NCBI GenBank assembly: GCA_963674735.2
Contig: CAXXQS010000001.1
Span: 672,001 to 736,000, forward strand
Length of the DNA stretch: 64,000 nt
Source of the DNA: Myxococcota bacterium
GTDB lineage: Bacteria > Myxococcota_A > SURF-8
Reading direction: 5' to 3'
Within the stretch, counting starts at the first letter, position 1. Every line of letters begins with the position of its first letter. The translations under genes were made by a program, and so were the position numbers. The notes beneath the pieces were generated by a model that saw only the letters and a list, made by a program, of their open reading frames with translations, did no database searches and was not told the DNA's origin. Below, piece after piece: positions 37,931 to 49,840 of the stretch.

Positions 37931-40360
37931 ATGTTTAAGAATCTGAAGATCGGGACCAAAATGATCAGTGCGTTTGTCGGAATCGCTTTGATCGGTGTCG
38001 TGATCGGTGTTTTCGGGCTCAACGGAGCGAGTACGATCACTGATAGTATGAAGGAAATCAGTGATGTGCGACTTCCATCCGTGAAGAACCTGCTGGTTGT
38101 CAGCCAATCCCAGAAAAAAGTATTAACCGGTGAACGCGGCTTGCTCATTCAGCGCATGTTTCAGGATCCCAAAGTGCGCAACGCTCAATACGCCTACATC
38201 GAAAAGGCTTACCAGGAAGCGGAAGAAGGATGGAAAGCCTATGAATCTCTGCCGAAAGATCCGGAAGAGGCGCAATTGTGGAATGCCTTCACGCCTGCTT
38301 GGAAAGAATGGACCCGACAGCAGGGAGAGGTAGTCGATATCTCGAAAGACAAGGGTCGATTGGTAGATAGTGGAATCACGGCGGGTGATGAACGGCTGGG
38401 TGCGTTGGATGATAAATTGATGGCCGCTTCGCTGGAGGCGCGCCAAGGTTTTCTGAAGGCTGAAAAAGCGCTGAATACCCTTGTTGCCAAGATTGAAGAG
38501 TTGGCCCAAAACGCGAGTGCGCGCGGAGATGACGCAGCTGGCAGCGCCCGAAGCCTGATCTTGGCCGTAATGGTGTTGGGCGGTGTTTTGGCTGTACTGA
38601 TCGGTTTCTTGTTCTCACGGAGCTTGACCATCCCCATTCGTCGTATGGCCGAAGTGGCCGGAAACCTTGCGGAAGGTGACATCGATCAGGACGTGCAGGT
38701 GACCAGTCACGACGAAATCGGTCAACTTGGAGAGGCTTTCCAACGCATGATCGAGGCGCAGAAAGAGATGGCGCATGCCGCGCAAGCTGTAGGACGAGGG
38801 GATCTCAGTGTTTCGATTCGCGTAAAATCGGGTCGTGACGTCCTGGCAAGTGCGTTGAAAGAGATGGTGGAATCGATCCAGTCGTTGAAGTCCGAGTTGC
38901 AGAAGACGATCGATCAGCAGAAGGCGGGCGAGCTCGACGCGCGCAGCAATGCCGGTCAGTTCCAGGGTGCGTATGCGGATCTGGCGCAGGGTATGAACGA
39001 TGCGTTGGACGCGATTGCCAATCCGGTGATGGAATCGATCGAGATTCTGGGCGAATATGCCGACGGCGATCTGAGCAAGGAAATGCGCAAGTTGCCGGGC
39101 AAGCAGATCGTCTTGACCAACGGACTGAACCTGATTCGCAAGAACCTGTTGAGTCTGGTTGAGGAACTCAAGGCCCTGATTAACGCGGCGGTGGCGGGTC
39201 AATTGTCCAAACGCGGAGACGCGGGGCAGTTCAAGGGTGCTTACAAGGAAATCCTGCAAGGCACCAACGACCTGTTGCAGGCGGTGGTGGAGCCGCTCAA
39301 CGAAGCGAACGAAGTGTTGGAAGTGCTGTCCAACAACGACCTGCGGGCGCGCGTGAAGGGCAGCTACCAGGGCGATCTGGACAAGCTCAAGAGCGCCATC
39401 AATCGGACGGCGGAAGTTCTGCACGACGCGCTGTGCCAGGTGGCTGAGGGCACCGAGCAGGTGTCGAGCGCGGGCCATCAGATCGCATCGTCGAGTCAGT
39501 CGGTGGCCTCGGGTGCGTCCGAGCAGGCCAGTTCGCTGGAAGAAACCTCCAGTTCGTTGGAGGAAATGGCTTCCATGACCAAGCAGAATGCCGATAACGC
39601 GCTGCAGGCCAACAGTATGGTGCAGACGACCCATAAGGCGGCCGAAGAGGGTGGCGTGTCGATGAAGCAGATGATCGAGGCGATGGGCCAGATCAAGAGT
39701 GCGGCGGAAGGGACGGCGGCGATTATCCGCGACATCAACGAGATCGCGTTCCAGACGAATCTTCTGGCGCTCAATGCGGCGGTGGAAGCGGCGCGCGCCG
39801 GTGAGGCGGGCCGCGGGTTCGCGGTGGTAGCCGAGGAAGTACGTAACTTGGCGCTGCGCTCGAAAGAAGCGGCGGCGAAGACCGAGGCGCTGATCAACCA
39901 GAGCGTGAATCTGGCGGGGAGCGGCGAGGGGATTTCGCACGAAGTGGATGCCAAACTGGCCGAGATCGTGGCGTCGGTGGGCAAGGTGACGGAGATCGTG
40001 GGCGAAATCGCGACGGCCAGCCAGGAACAGAGCCGCGGCATCGAGCAGGTGAATTCGGCGGTGGCGCAGATGGACCAGGTGACGCAGCAGAACGCCGCGA
40101 ACTCCGAAGAATCCTCCAGCGCCGCGCAGGAACTCTCCAGCCAGGCCGCCGAACTCCAGAACCTGGTCGGACAGTTTGCCTTGGATCGTCGTCAAAGTGT
40201 TTCCACCAAGGTATACAAGAAAGAAAAATCGAAGCCGGCATTACCTGCTGGAAGTAATGGAAGCGGGGTTGGGGCGTTCGATATGCAGAAGAGTGGAATT
40301 CGGCTTTCGCCTGAGGACGTTATTCCTCTCGAAAACGATCCTGATTTCTCCGAGTTCTAA
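37931..40360 (+). CDS. Methyl-accepting chemotaxis protein (4-helix-bundle sensor, multiple HAMP domains, C-terminal pentapeptide)
   Basis: Two TM helices, [44 protein letters not shown], terminal DFSEF; AAGGAGG RBS. Confidence 0.96.
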   Translation: MFKNLKIGTKMISAFVGIALIGVVIGVFGLNGASTITDSMKEISDVRLPSVKNLLVVSQSQKKVLTGERGLLIQRMFQDPKVRNAQYAYIEKAYQEAEEGWKAYESLPKDPEEAQLWNAFTPAWKEWTRQQGEVVDISKDKGRLVDSGITAGDERLGALDDKLMAASLEARQGFLKAEKALNTLVAKIEELAQNASARGDDAAGSARSLILAVMVLGGVLAVLIGFLFSRSLTIPIRRMAEVAGNLAEGDIDQDVQVTSHDEIGQLGEAFQRMIEAQKEMAHAAQAVGRGDLSVSIRVKSGRDVLASALKEMVESIQSLKSELQKTIDQQKAGELDARSNAGQFQGAYADLAQGMNDALDAIANPVMESIEILGEYADGDLSKEMRKLPGKQIVLTNGLNLIRKNLLSLVEELKALINAAVAGQLSKRGDAGQFKGAYKEILQGTNDLLQAVVEPLNEANEVLEVLSNNDLRARVKGSYQGDLDKLKSAINRTAEVLHDALCQVAEGTEQVSSAGHQIASSSQSVASGASEQASSLEETSSSLEEMASMTKQNADNALQANSMVQTTHKAAEEGGVSMKQMIEAMGQIKSAAEGTAAIIRDINEIAFQTNLLALNAAVEAARAGEAGRGFAVVAEEVRNLALRSKEAAAKTEALINQSVNLAGSGEGISHEVDAKLAEIVASVGKVTEIVGEIATASQEQSRGIEQVNSAVAQMDQVTQQNAANSEESSSAAQELSSQAAELQNLVGQFALDRRQSVSTKVYKKEKSKPALPAGSNGSGVGAFDMQKSGIRLSPEDVIPLENDPDFSEF

Positions 40361-40388
40361 AATATCCTTCGCACTTACATGATCGAAG

Positions 40389-40420
40389 AAAAAACCGGCG
40401 GGCTTTTAGGCCCGCCGGTT
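40389..40420. terminator. Terminator hairpin between convergent genes
   Basis: AACCGGCGGGC-TTTTAG-GCCCGCCGGTT with a flanking A tract (U tract on the minus strand). Confidence 0.8.
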
Positions 40421-40444
40421 GAGTTTGATGACCATACTCGGAAA

Positions 40445-40843
40445 TTAGTGACCGCCGCAGCCCCCGCCGTGATGATCTCCACCGCCGCCGCAGACTTGGG
40501 CGGGACCGAATTTAGGTGCTTGGCCGCTCAGGATGCGTTCAACCGCTTTTTCAACGGTTTGGGCGTCTTCGTTATAGTAAACATCGATGCCGACTTGCTG
40601 AAAACCGGATAGGGGGCGCATACCCATTCCTCCGGCAGCTAAAATTTGTACATTGGCGTTTTTCAACAACATAACCGGAGCCATGCAGCCGCCCTGTGCG
40701 TGGCCTTCGTTGGTAAGTGTTTCAATGTTGGTGATGGTTTGCTCATCGGTATCGATGAGGGTGAAGACATCGCAATGACCAAAGTGCGATGATACCGTGG
40801 CTTGCAAGCCGCCGGGTGCCATGCTGGGAACCGCTATCCGCAT
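40445..40843 (-). CDS. NifB/NifX-family (dinitrogenase FeMo-cofactor domain) protein
   Basis: MRIAVPS, VSSHFGHC, GGMGMRP, GIDVY; Gly/His/Cys tail. Confidence 0.88.
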   Translation of the reverse strand: MRIAVPSMAPGGLQATVSSHFGHCDVFTLIDTDEQTITNIETLTNEGHAQGGCMAPVMLLKNANVQILAAGGMGMRPLSGFQQVGIDVYYNEDAQTVEKAVERILSGQAPKFGPAQVCGGGGDHHGGGCGGH

Positions 40844-40972
40844 GAGTAAATTCTCCTGTGTAATTAACCTCGAATGACCCGTCGACTACGTTCAGACCGA
40901 TCGGGGAACTGTTACAGAGGGAAGATAACAACGCTTTAAGGTTAAATCAACCCTATCAAGCATAAAAGTAGG

Positions 40973-40997
40973 AAAAAAGCCGCCCCGAGGGCGGCTT
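40973..40997 (-). terminator. Rho-independent terminator after the EEP gene
   Basis: AAGCCGCCC-CGA-GGGCGGCTT preceded by an A tract. Confidence 0.8.
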
Positions 40998-41028
40998 AAT
41001 TTAGAAAGAGGAGAGACAGATCGAGAGC

Positions 41029-42177
41029 TTAGGGGATAGCCGTCACACTCACCCCGTAATGGTCCGACAAGCGTGATGTTACGGTTTCTCCTTCAACGTC
41101 GAAACTGATTTCGTTATCCAATATCCGCGCGGTTTCGAAGGTGGTGCCGTCTGCTGATTGGCCGAACAGAACGTGATCGATGATGATATCGTCACGACTG
41201 CCGGTGAGTGGATTCTCGACACACCAGGAGCACGGGCTGTCCGTCGCTTCTACATACGGCGCATTCAGGTTGGCATCCTCGAATTTGCTGAAGTTTTCGG
41301 GGTGTTCGGAATCCAATGTCTCTGTTTCGGGGCCGCAATTCATGTCTCCCATCAACACATAGAAAGACTCGGCGGAAGCATCGGCGATATGATCCAACAT
41401 CGTATCGATCTGCATGCCTTGTTCTTCGCTCCAGGAACCGAAGTCGCCGCCATAATTGACGTCGCTCAAGTCGGCGGTGAGGTGGGTGCAGTATACGTCA
41501 ATCAGGTCGAAACCGTCGGCTTCGATCGAGGCCGATAACAGCACCCGCCGGTTCAGGTAGGAATCGAAAACAAAATGGCTTGTTTGGGTAAGGGGAAGTT
41601 TGGAAAGAAGCAGCAAGCCGTTGTGCCCATCATAGGCCAAGCTGCCACCGCCACCGGCTGCGCAAGCCGTGAATATTTCCTCGACTTCTTTGCCAAGGTT
41701 GGCTGCGATACAACCCGTGCACTCCGGAGAGAGAGAGCCGAATTCCGTCGCGCATTTGTCGAGGGCGCAAGTGGCGATATTCGCAGGATCGACTTCTCCG
41801 CAGTTTGTTTCAACGCAGGTTTTGAGCGGTGTGCTTTCTTCTTCCGTGCAGGCCGCATCCGCATTGTCATCAACGGTGTCATCTTCCGTGATTTTATAAA
41901 ATGAGTAGGGGAATGCTTCTTGAGTGGCGCTAAGCAGAGCGTCGATGTCAGCTTGATCCCACACTTCCTGCAAACACACGACATCGGCATCGAGATCAGC
42001 CAGAGCAGCACCGATCAGCGGCTGGCGTTCGGGAGCATAGTCGACGTATCCCAGCGCCAAGCCTGCATTGTAGGTAGCGAAACGGATGGGTGCCATATCA
42101 TCGTCCGAGGACGAACAAGCGGCGATTAGACCGGCTAGCATGACGGTTGCGACGATCAAAGTGATTGGTTTCATCAT
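41029..42177 (-). CDS. Endonuclease/exonuclease/phosphatase (EEP) family lipoprotein with a Cys-rich insert
   Basis: Lipobox IAAC; ATYN, VCLQEV, CTHL, MGDMN, IDHV, SDHYGV. Confidence 0.9.
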   Translation of the reverse strand: MMKPITLIVATVMLAGLIAACSSSDDDMAPIRFATYNAGLALGYVDYAPERQPLIGAALADLDADVVCLQEVWDQADIDALLSATQEAFPYSFYKITEDDTVDDNADAACTEEESTPLKTCVETNCGEVDPANIATCALDKCATEFGSLSPECTGCIAANLGKEVEEIFTACAAGGGGSLAYDGHNGLLLLSKLPLTQTSHFVFDSYLNRRVLLSASIEADGFDLIDVYCTHLTADLSDVNYGGDFGSWSEEQGMQIDTMLDHIADASAESFYVLMGDMNCGPETETLDSEHPENFSKFEDANLNAPYVEATDSPCSWCVENPLTGSRDDIIIDHVLFGQSADGTTFETARILDNEISFDVEGETVTSRLSDHYGVSVTAIP

Positions 42178-42318
42178 GAATCCCCTTTTTAGTTCATGTT
42201 TGATATCACGGAAAAATTTCTTAGAGCGTTAACTTCCAGCTAATAATAGCCGGTTTAAACGGATTGCCAAGTAAAAATAGCAGGCTTTAGCGAGAGGTGT
42301 ATGTTGAGGATAGGCACG

Positions 42319-42342
42319 AAAAAGCCGCCCCGAAGGGCGGCT
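42319..42342 (-). terminator. Rho-independent terminator after the hypothetical lipoprotein
   Basis: AGCCGCCC-CGAA-GGGCGGCT preceded by an A tract. Confidence 0.8.
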
Positions 42343-42369
42343 CTCAACCAGCAAGCCATCAATTGATGA

Positions 42370-43095
42370 CTATTTGTCTTCTTTCGAGAAGGTCGCGTAG
42401 CGGCAACGCGCTTCGATCACTTCTTCGGTGCGATAAGCGGCCCAAGCGTCGTTCCACTCGATGATCAACACGCCCTTGGCCTGAGCGTCGGGACCCGCGT
42501 CGATTTTGAGGCCGGGCATCATTTCCTGCAGCGTTTCGACGTGCGGGGTGAGTTCGGCGATGTCTTTGCCGTCCATCTTCCAGCTATTGCGCCAGTTGAG
42601 GCGATAGATACGACGGACGTACCACCAAGGCTCGAAGTCATCGTTGCGGTCGCCATCGCGTTCGCAAACGGCGGGGTTGTGACCGAAGTTGGTGGCCGGG
42701 CGTTTCACGCCACATTCTTCCAACAGCTCGACTCTCATGCGGGCGTAGTCGTCCTGACCTTCGTCAAGGTCGACACCGGTCGTCTCGTCGATCACCTTCG
42801 CCATACCATCGGTGACGGAACGGCCGATCAGGCGGTTGACAGGCTTTTGGCCTTTGTAGGGGCGGCAAGCCAGATTATCGGCCTGGGGACGGAACCAAAT
42901 CCACTGTTCGTGGACGCCCGAACAATCTTCGGTGAGGAATTTGCCCAGAACGGCATTGGCAGCATCTTTGTCTGCCGGGGGGATTTTAAAGACATGGATG
43001 TCTTTGAAAACCGGTTCGCACGGATCTTTTCCACAACCCGTCACCAACAAGCTCGCCATGACAATGGCCACGACCAGAAGAATCAGTTTCTGCAT
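42370..43095 (-). CDS. Hypothetical lipoprotein (241 aa)
   Basis: AAAGGAGGAG RBS, lipobox VTGC, strong codon bias; no family recognised. Confidence 0.8.
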   Translation of the reverse strand: MQKLILLVVAIVMASLLVTGCGKDPCEPVFKDIHVFKIPPADKDAANAVLGKFLTEDCSGVHEQWIWFRPQADNLACRPYKGQKPVNRLIGRSVTDGMAKVIDETTGVDLDEGQDDYARMRVELLEECGVKRPATNFGHNPAVCERDGDRNDDFEPWWYVRRIYRLNWRNSWKMDGKDIAELTPHVETLQEMMPGLKIDAGPDAQAKGVLIIEWNDAWAAYRTEEVIEARCRYATFSKEDK

Positions 43096-43363
43096 GTGCT
43101 CCTCCTTTCGGAATGCTATATCTGAAAACAGTTATCGTAAAACGGTTAATCGGTTATGCTTTGCAAACTTCTTGAAGAATCGAAGCTTCAATGCTGCTAT
43201 TCCCGCCAATGTCGATGTTATGTCGATGCATTCCGGATGCGCGCCGGGAATGCGTTTCCCATTCAGCCCCTCAATTTTCATGCTAAAACCCACGGATCAT
43301 GCCGCAGGATAGGCTTTGCTTTTTGAAAATGCAAGTAAAAAACAGATTTCCTGTCTTCTCGGC

Positions 43364-44974
43364 TCACGAGCGTGGTGGACGTGCTCGATCGCCTTGAGGT
43401 GGCTTTTTCTCGATAACCTCATATTGTTCAATATGGAAATAATTGATCGGACGCAACGCGATTTTCTTGTTGGACAGGTGCTCCAGCCGAGAGATGCTGA
43501 TTGCCTCCTCATCGATCAGCATGTCGTAGATCTCGGGGTGACAGTTGACCGTAACGATGTTGCCGTGGATGTTGGGAAGTTCGCGTTTGATTTCCCTGAA
43601 TATCTCATAGCAGATTGTCGTCTTGGATTTGAGGTATCCCTTTCCGTCACAATAAAAGCAGGGTTCGCAGAGGGTGCGGCCCAAGCTTTCGCGAATTCGT
43701 TTACGGGTCATCTCGACGAGTCCGAATTCGGAAATCTTCAACACGTTCGTCTTGGCTTTGTCCTCTTTCAGGGCATCCTCAAGCGTGTGATACACTTTCT
43801 CGCGGTCCGCCTCTCTTTCCATATCGATGAAATCGATGATGATAATACCACCCAGATTTCGAAGGCGGAGCTGGTAAACGATTTCTTTGACCGCTTCGAG
43901 GTTGGTTTTGACGATCGTATCTTCCAGATTGCGGCGACCGACATATCGTCCCGTGTTGACATCAATCGCCGTGAGCGCTTCCGCTTGGTCTATGATGATG
44001 TAACCACCGGATTTTAACCACACTTTCCGTCCTAGAGCCCGGTTGATGTCGATTTCAATGCCGTAGTGATCGAAGATGGGTTCTTTGCCGTTGTAGAGTT
44101 CGACGTGGGTGTGGAATTTCGGCATGTTCGTTTTGATAAAACGCCGGATTTCTTCGAATTCCCGTTTGTCGTCAATTACCAGGCTTTCCACGTCGCTGGT
44201 GACGAGATCGCGGGCGGCGCGCAGAATGACGTTCAGATCATGGTGAACGCAGATCGGGGCCGTGTTCTTCTGAGCACGCGTTTGCAGCCGTTTCCACAGA
44301 TTCATCAGCAGCATCATGTCGGCTTTGAGCTTTTTCTCGTTCACGCCGTCAGCGACGGTGCGCACGATAAATCCCGAACCCGGTTGGCGCAGCTTTTCGA
44401 CCAGATCTTTAAGCCGTCCCCGCTCCCCTTCATCCGTGATGCGCCGTGATACCCCCACGTGGTCGATAAAGGGCATGTAAACAAGGTAGCGACCCGGTAA
44501 TGAGACATGGGTGGTGACGCGGCAGCCTTTGGTGCCGATGGGGTCTTTGGCCACCTGCACCATGATTTCCTGGCCTTCCGTCAGCAACTCCTCGATCGGC
44601 TGGCTGCGTCGGTTGGAGGACGAAGAGGAAGAAGAGGGTGGGGGAGGCGGCGGCGGCTCCTTGTTTTCGTCGGGGAAGTTATCATCTTCCTCGTTCTCTT
44701 TTCGCTCCTCGTCATTTTCTTCGACGTAACGGGTAACATCTTCACCGGGGACAAAGATATCGGCCACGTATAGGAACGCGGCTTTTTCCAAACCGACATC
44801 CACAAACGCCGCCTGCATACCCGGCAGGACGCGGATGACACGGCCATTGTAGATGTTGCCAACTATACCCCGGTCATACTTCCTTTCGATGTACAATTCG
44901 ACCGTTGTGCCATTTTCCATCAGCGCCACCCGATGCTCGTGCTGAGTGGCGTTGATGATAAGCTTTTGGGCCAT
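43364..44974 (-). CDS. rng: Ribonuclease G (Rne/Rng family)
   Basis: VGNIYNGRV..VLPGMQAAFVDVG, QVAKDPIGTKG, IDVNTG, LRNLGGIIIIDFIDM, GLVEMTRKR, CFYCDGKG. Confidence 0.93.
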   Translation of the reverse strand: MAQKLIINATQHEHRVALMENGTTVELYIERKYDRGIVGNIYNGRVIRVLPGMQAAFVDVGLEKAAFLYVADIFVPGEDVTRYVEENDEERKENEEDDNFPDENKEPPPPPPPSSSSSSSNRRSQPIEELLTEGQEIMVQVAKDPIGTKGCRVTTHVSLPGRYLVYMPFIDHVGVSRRITDEGERGRLKDLVEKLRQPGSGFIVRTVADGVNEKKLKADMMLLMNLWKRLQTRAQKNTAPICVHHDLNVILRAARDLVTSDVESLVIDDKREFEEIRRFIKTNMPKFHTHVELYNGKEPIFDHYGIEIDINRALGRKVWLKSGGYIIIDQAEALTAIDVNTGRYVGRRNLEDTIVKTNLEAVKEIVYQLRLRNLGGIIIIDFIDMEREADREKVYHTLEDALKEDKAKTNVLKISEFGLVEMTRKRIRESLGRTLCEPCFYCDGKGYLKSKTTICYEIFREIKRELPNIHGNIVTVNCHPEIYDMLIDEEAISISRLEHLSNKKIALRPINYFHIEQYEVIEKKPPQGDRARPPRS

Positions 44975-47573
44975 TAGAGCGCTCCTTGTTCTTCAATTTT
45001 CCTGGTTTCTTAAATTCATTCAGCGGGGCGAAGCGCACCCGCGATTTTTCGATGGTTATTTTGGGTTGGAGAGTCGCCTCGATGGCGAACATTTCGCGTA
45101 GAATCTCGGAGGGCTTGAGGGCGTTGGCTTGATCGGTTTTCAGTGTGACCGAGACCAGTCGATCTCCTTCAAGCTGGATGTCTTCGACGAGATCCTTCAT
45201 CTCCAAAGTCTTGTCGCCCTTTTTGGTTTTTCTGACTACGGGCCACGTTTCCGTGGTCGCGAAGCGTTCAAGGGCTTTGTTTACGGTGTCGGTATCTTGC
45301 ACCGTTGATAGATCAAAACGATACGTAATCGAAGCGATACTGGCTGAAATCGATCGAGCCTGCGATCCGACCGATCGGGCGTCGAGGATTCGGAAACCGT
45401 GAGGAAGACTGCGGTTCAAGCTTTGCTTGAGTGAATCCAAAGGTGTGGCATCGAGAATTTCAGCATCGAAAAACTCGCAGGCCGAGGCGACGCCCATCGG
45501 CAACGCCTGCCCGAAGCCGATTTTCGGTTTCGGATGGAAGCCTTCCGAGTATTTCAGTCGAATTCCGGCACGACGAAATGCGCGTGCGATCTGGCTCATG
45601 GTATCGAGATGACCCAGAAAAACGGCGTAATCCCGCTTTTCATAGTGAAAACGAACCGTGCGCAGAGGGGGACGGAACGAAGAGCGCCCCGCGTGTTTGG
45701 GAAGGGACGGCACGATTTCAACATGTTTCTTGTGCTTATCCGTTTGCTCGGCCCCTGCCAGTACGCGGCGTCCGATGTTGTTATGGTCACAGACCCCGCA
45801 ATCGTGACAGAGCCCATAAGCGCAGTCAGGCTGTACGGATTCGGCCAGCGCGTCGGTGTATTCTTTTTCCAAATAGTCCGGGCTGACGCAGTAGTCCAAA
45901 TGGGACCAGGGGAGGGTCGCAGACAACTCGAAGCTGCGAGCGGCTTCTTCATCGAGGTCGAAGCCGAACTCGGCAAAAGCCTGTTGCCAGCGCTCCAAGT
46001 CGAAATGTTCGCTCCATGCATCGAAGCGGGCCCCTTTTCTAAAGGCATCGAGAATGACTTCGCCCAAGTGGCGGCCGCCCCGGCTGAAAGCATTTTCAAG
46101 CAGGCTGGTTTCGGGATCGTGGTGCTTGAAAGGAATTTTCAGATCGCGAAGCTCGCCTCGTAAAAAATCGAGCTTACGTTTAATCTCTGTAAACGTGATG
46201 GCCGAAACCCACTGGAAGGGAGTGTGGCTTTTAGGTACGAAGGGGCTCACCGCCACGGTGACGGAAGCCGAACGGGTGTGGCGTCGTCCGATCTGGCGGG
46301 CTTTGGCGGCGAGTGTGGGGATGGCGGCCACGTCTTCATCGGTTTCAGTCGGCAGGCCGATCATGAAGTAGAGTTTGACGTTGCGCCAGCCATTGCTGAA
46401 AATCGTTTCCAGTGTGGCCAGCAGATCTTCTTCGCGATTCCCTTTATTGATCACTCTTCGCAGGCGCTCCGTCGCCGCTTCGGGGGCGAGGGTAAAGCTT
46501 GTTTTGCGTTCCCGCTTCAGGCGATCCACCAATTCGGGGGTAAGCCCTTCGACGCGCAAAGACGGCAGTTGAATCGAGACGTGGTCGTCCTGGTGGCGGT
46601 CGAACAGTGCTGTGACGGTTTCGGATAACGGCGCGTAATCGCTCGCCGATAAAGATAAAAGGCCCAGGACGTCGTGCCCGGTGGCGCAAAGGCCTTGTTC
46701 CGCCAGTCGCATCACCGTTTCCGGTCTGCGTTGACGTGTGGGGCGATAAAGAAAGCCCGCCTGGCAGAAACGGCAGCCGCGTGTACAACCCCGTTGGATT
46801 TCCACCGCCACGCGGTCGTGAACCGGTTCGACGGTCGGGGTGAGCGGACGCGTGACGAACGGAGTTTGGTCGAGATTGTTTTCCAGGCGTCGCACGACGC
46901 GTTCAGGCCGATCGGGCAGTGGCCGGACGGAGGAGATACGCCCCTTATCATCCCGCATTGGGTCGAAATAGGAGGGGATGTAGAGCCCGTCGATCACGGA
47001 TAAACGTTCGAACAAGGCAGGGCGGGAAAGCCCCTCTTTTTTGGCGTTAATCAGGACGTTGCTGATCTCGACAACGGCCTTTTCACCGTCACCAAGAAGG
47101 AAAGCATCGAAGAAGTCCGATAGGGGCTCGGGATTACTGGCCGCCGGTCCTCCACCGATGATGAGGGGATGTTTTTCAGTGCGTTCGCTCGACAACAGAG
47201 GAATGTTGCCGAGTTCCAACATGGCGAGGATGTTGGTTCCCATCAATTCATGTTGCAGCGTAAAGCCGATCCAATCGAAATCGGCTAGCGCAGTTTTACT
47301 CTCCAGACTGAACAGCGGCCAATTGGCTGCGCGCAACTCGGCTTCCATGTCCGGCCAGGGTGAATAAACTCTTTCTGCCCATATGTGGTCAATATCGTTC
47401 AGGATTTCATATAGAATCTTCAGGCCTAAGTGGCTGAAGGCCACTTCGTACACATCCGGGAACGCCAGCGCGACACGCAGTTGAATGTCGTCGGGATTTT
47501 TGTGTTGTGCCTGGGCTTCGCAGCCCAGATAACGGCCCGGTTTTTTCACACGGTGTAGGATTTCTTTCAGCAT
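44874..47573 (-). CDS. TIGR03960-type radical SAM protein fused to a TIGR03936/DUF2344-type domain
   Basis: KPGRY, FPDVYE, RGCTRGCRFCQAG, LAPEAATERLR, KLYFMIGLPTE; C-terminal FLGHLD..YSEGFHPKP. Confidence 0.92.
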   Translation of the reverse strand: MLKEILHRVKKPGRYLGCEAQAQHKNPDDIQLRVALAFPDVYEVAFSHLGLKILYEILNDIDHIWAERVYSPWPDMEAELRAANWPLFSLESKTALADFDWIGFTLQHELMGTNILAMLELGNIPLLSSERTEKHPLIIGGGPAASNPEPLSDFFDAFLLGDGEKAVVEISNVLINAKKEGLSRPALFERLSVIDGLYIPSYFDPMRDDKGRISSVRPLPDRPERVVRRLENNLDQTPFVTRPLTPTVEPVHDRVAVEIQRGCTRGCRFCQAGFLYRPTRQRRPETVMRLAEQGLCATGHDVLGLLSLSASDYAPLSETVTALFDRHQDDHVSIQLPSLRVEGLTPELVDRLKRERKTSFTLAPEAATERLRRVINKGNREEDLLATLETIFSNGWRNVKLYFMIGLPTETDEDVAAIPTLAAKARQIGRRHTRSASVTVAVSPFVPKSHTPFQWVSAITFTEIKRKLDFLRGELRDLKIPFKHHDPETSLLENAFSRGGRHLGEVILDAFRKGARFDAWSEHFDLERWQQAFAEFGFDLDEEAARSFELSATLPWSHLDYCVSPDYLEKEYTDALAESVQPDCAYGLCHDCGVCDHNNIGRRVLAGAEQTDKHKKHVEIVPSLPKHAGRSSFRPPLRTVRFHYEKRDYAVFLGHLDTMSQIARAFRRAGIRLKYSEGFHPKPKIGFGQALPMGVASACEFFDAEILDATPLDSLKQSLNRSLPHGFRILDARSVGSQARSISASIASITYRFDLSTVQDTDTVNKALERFATTETWPVVRKTKKGDKTLEMKDLVEDIQLEGDRLVSVTLKTDQANALKPSEILREMFAIEATLQPKITIEKSRVRFAPLNEFKKPGKLKNKERSNGPKAYHQRHSARASGGADGKWHNGRIVHRKEV

Positions 47574-47717
47574 CGGGCGTTAGCTCCAAGATCGCGGCGA
47601 TCGGTTGCATCAAATCACGACGAAAGAAACACTTCCCTTTTCGGCGTAAGCCGCCCCGAGAAGTCCCCTTTCGGAAGCCATTGATATCACATTTATTCGC
47701 TGTTCTCAAGGACTTTG

Positions 47718-49805
<2,088 letters not shown>

Positions 49806-49840
49806 CTAGGTTGCACGGGATGGTTTAAAATCTTATGATA

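Noticed and set aside
38615-40195. 526-aa minus-strand ORF
   Set aside because: Antisense shadow of the high-GC3 MCP core.
40445-40843. Nitrogen fixation
   Set aside because: Stand-alone NifB/NifX-domain proteins are common in non-diazotrophic anaerobes, and no nif genes are in the window.
43226-43255. Hairpin ATGCATTCC...GGAATGCGT as the rng terminator
   Set aside because: There is no adjacent U tract on the minus strand and it is over 100 nt from the stop; its function is unsupported.
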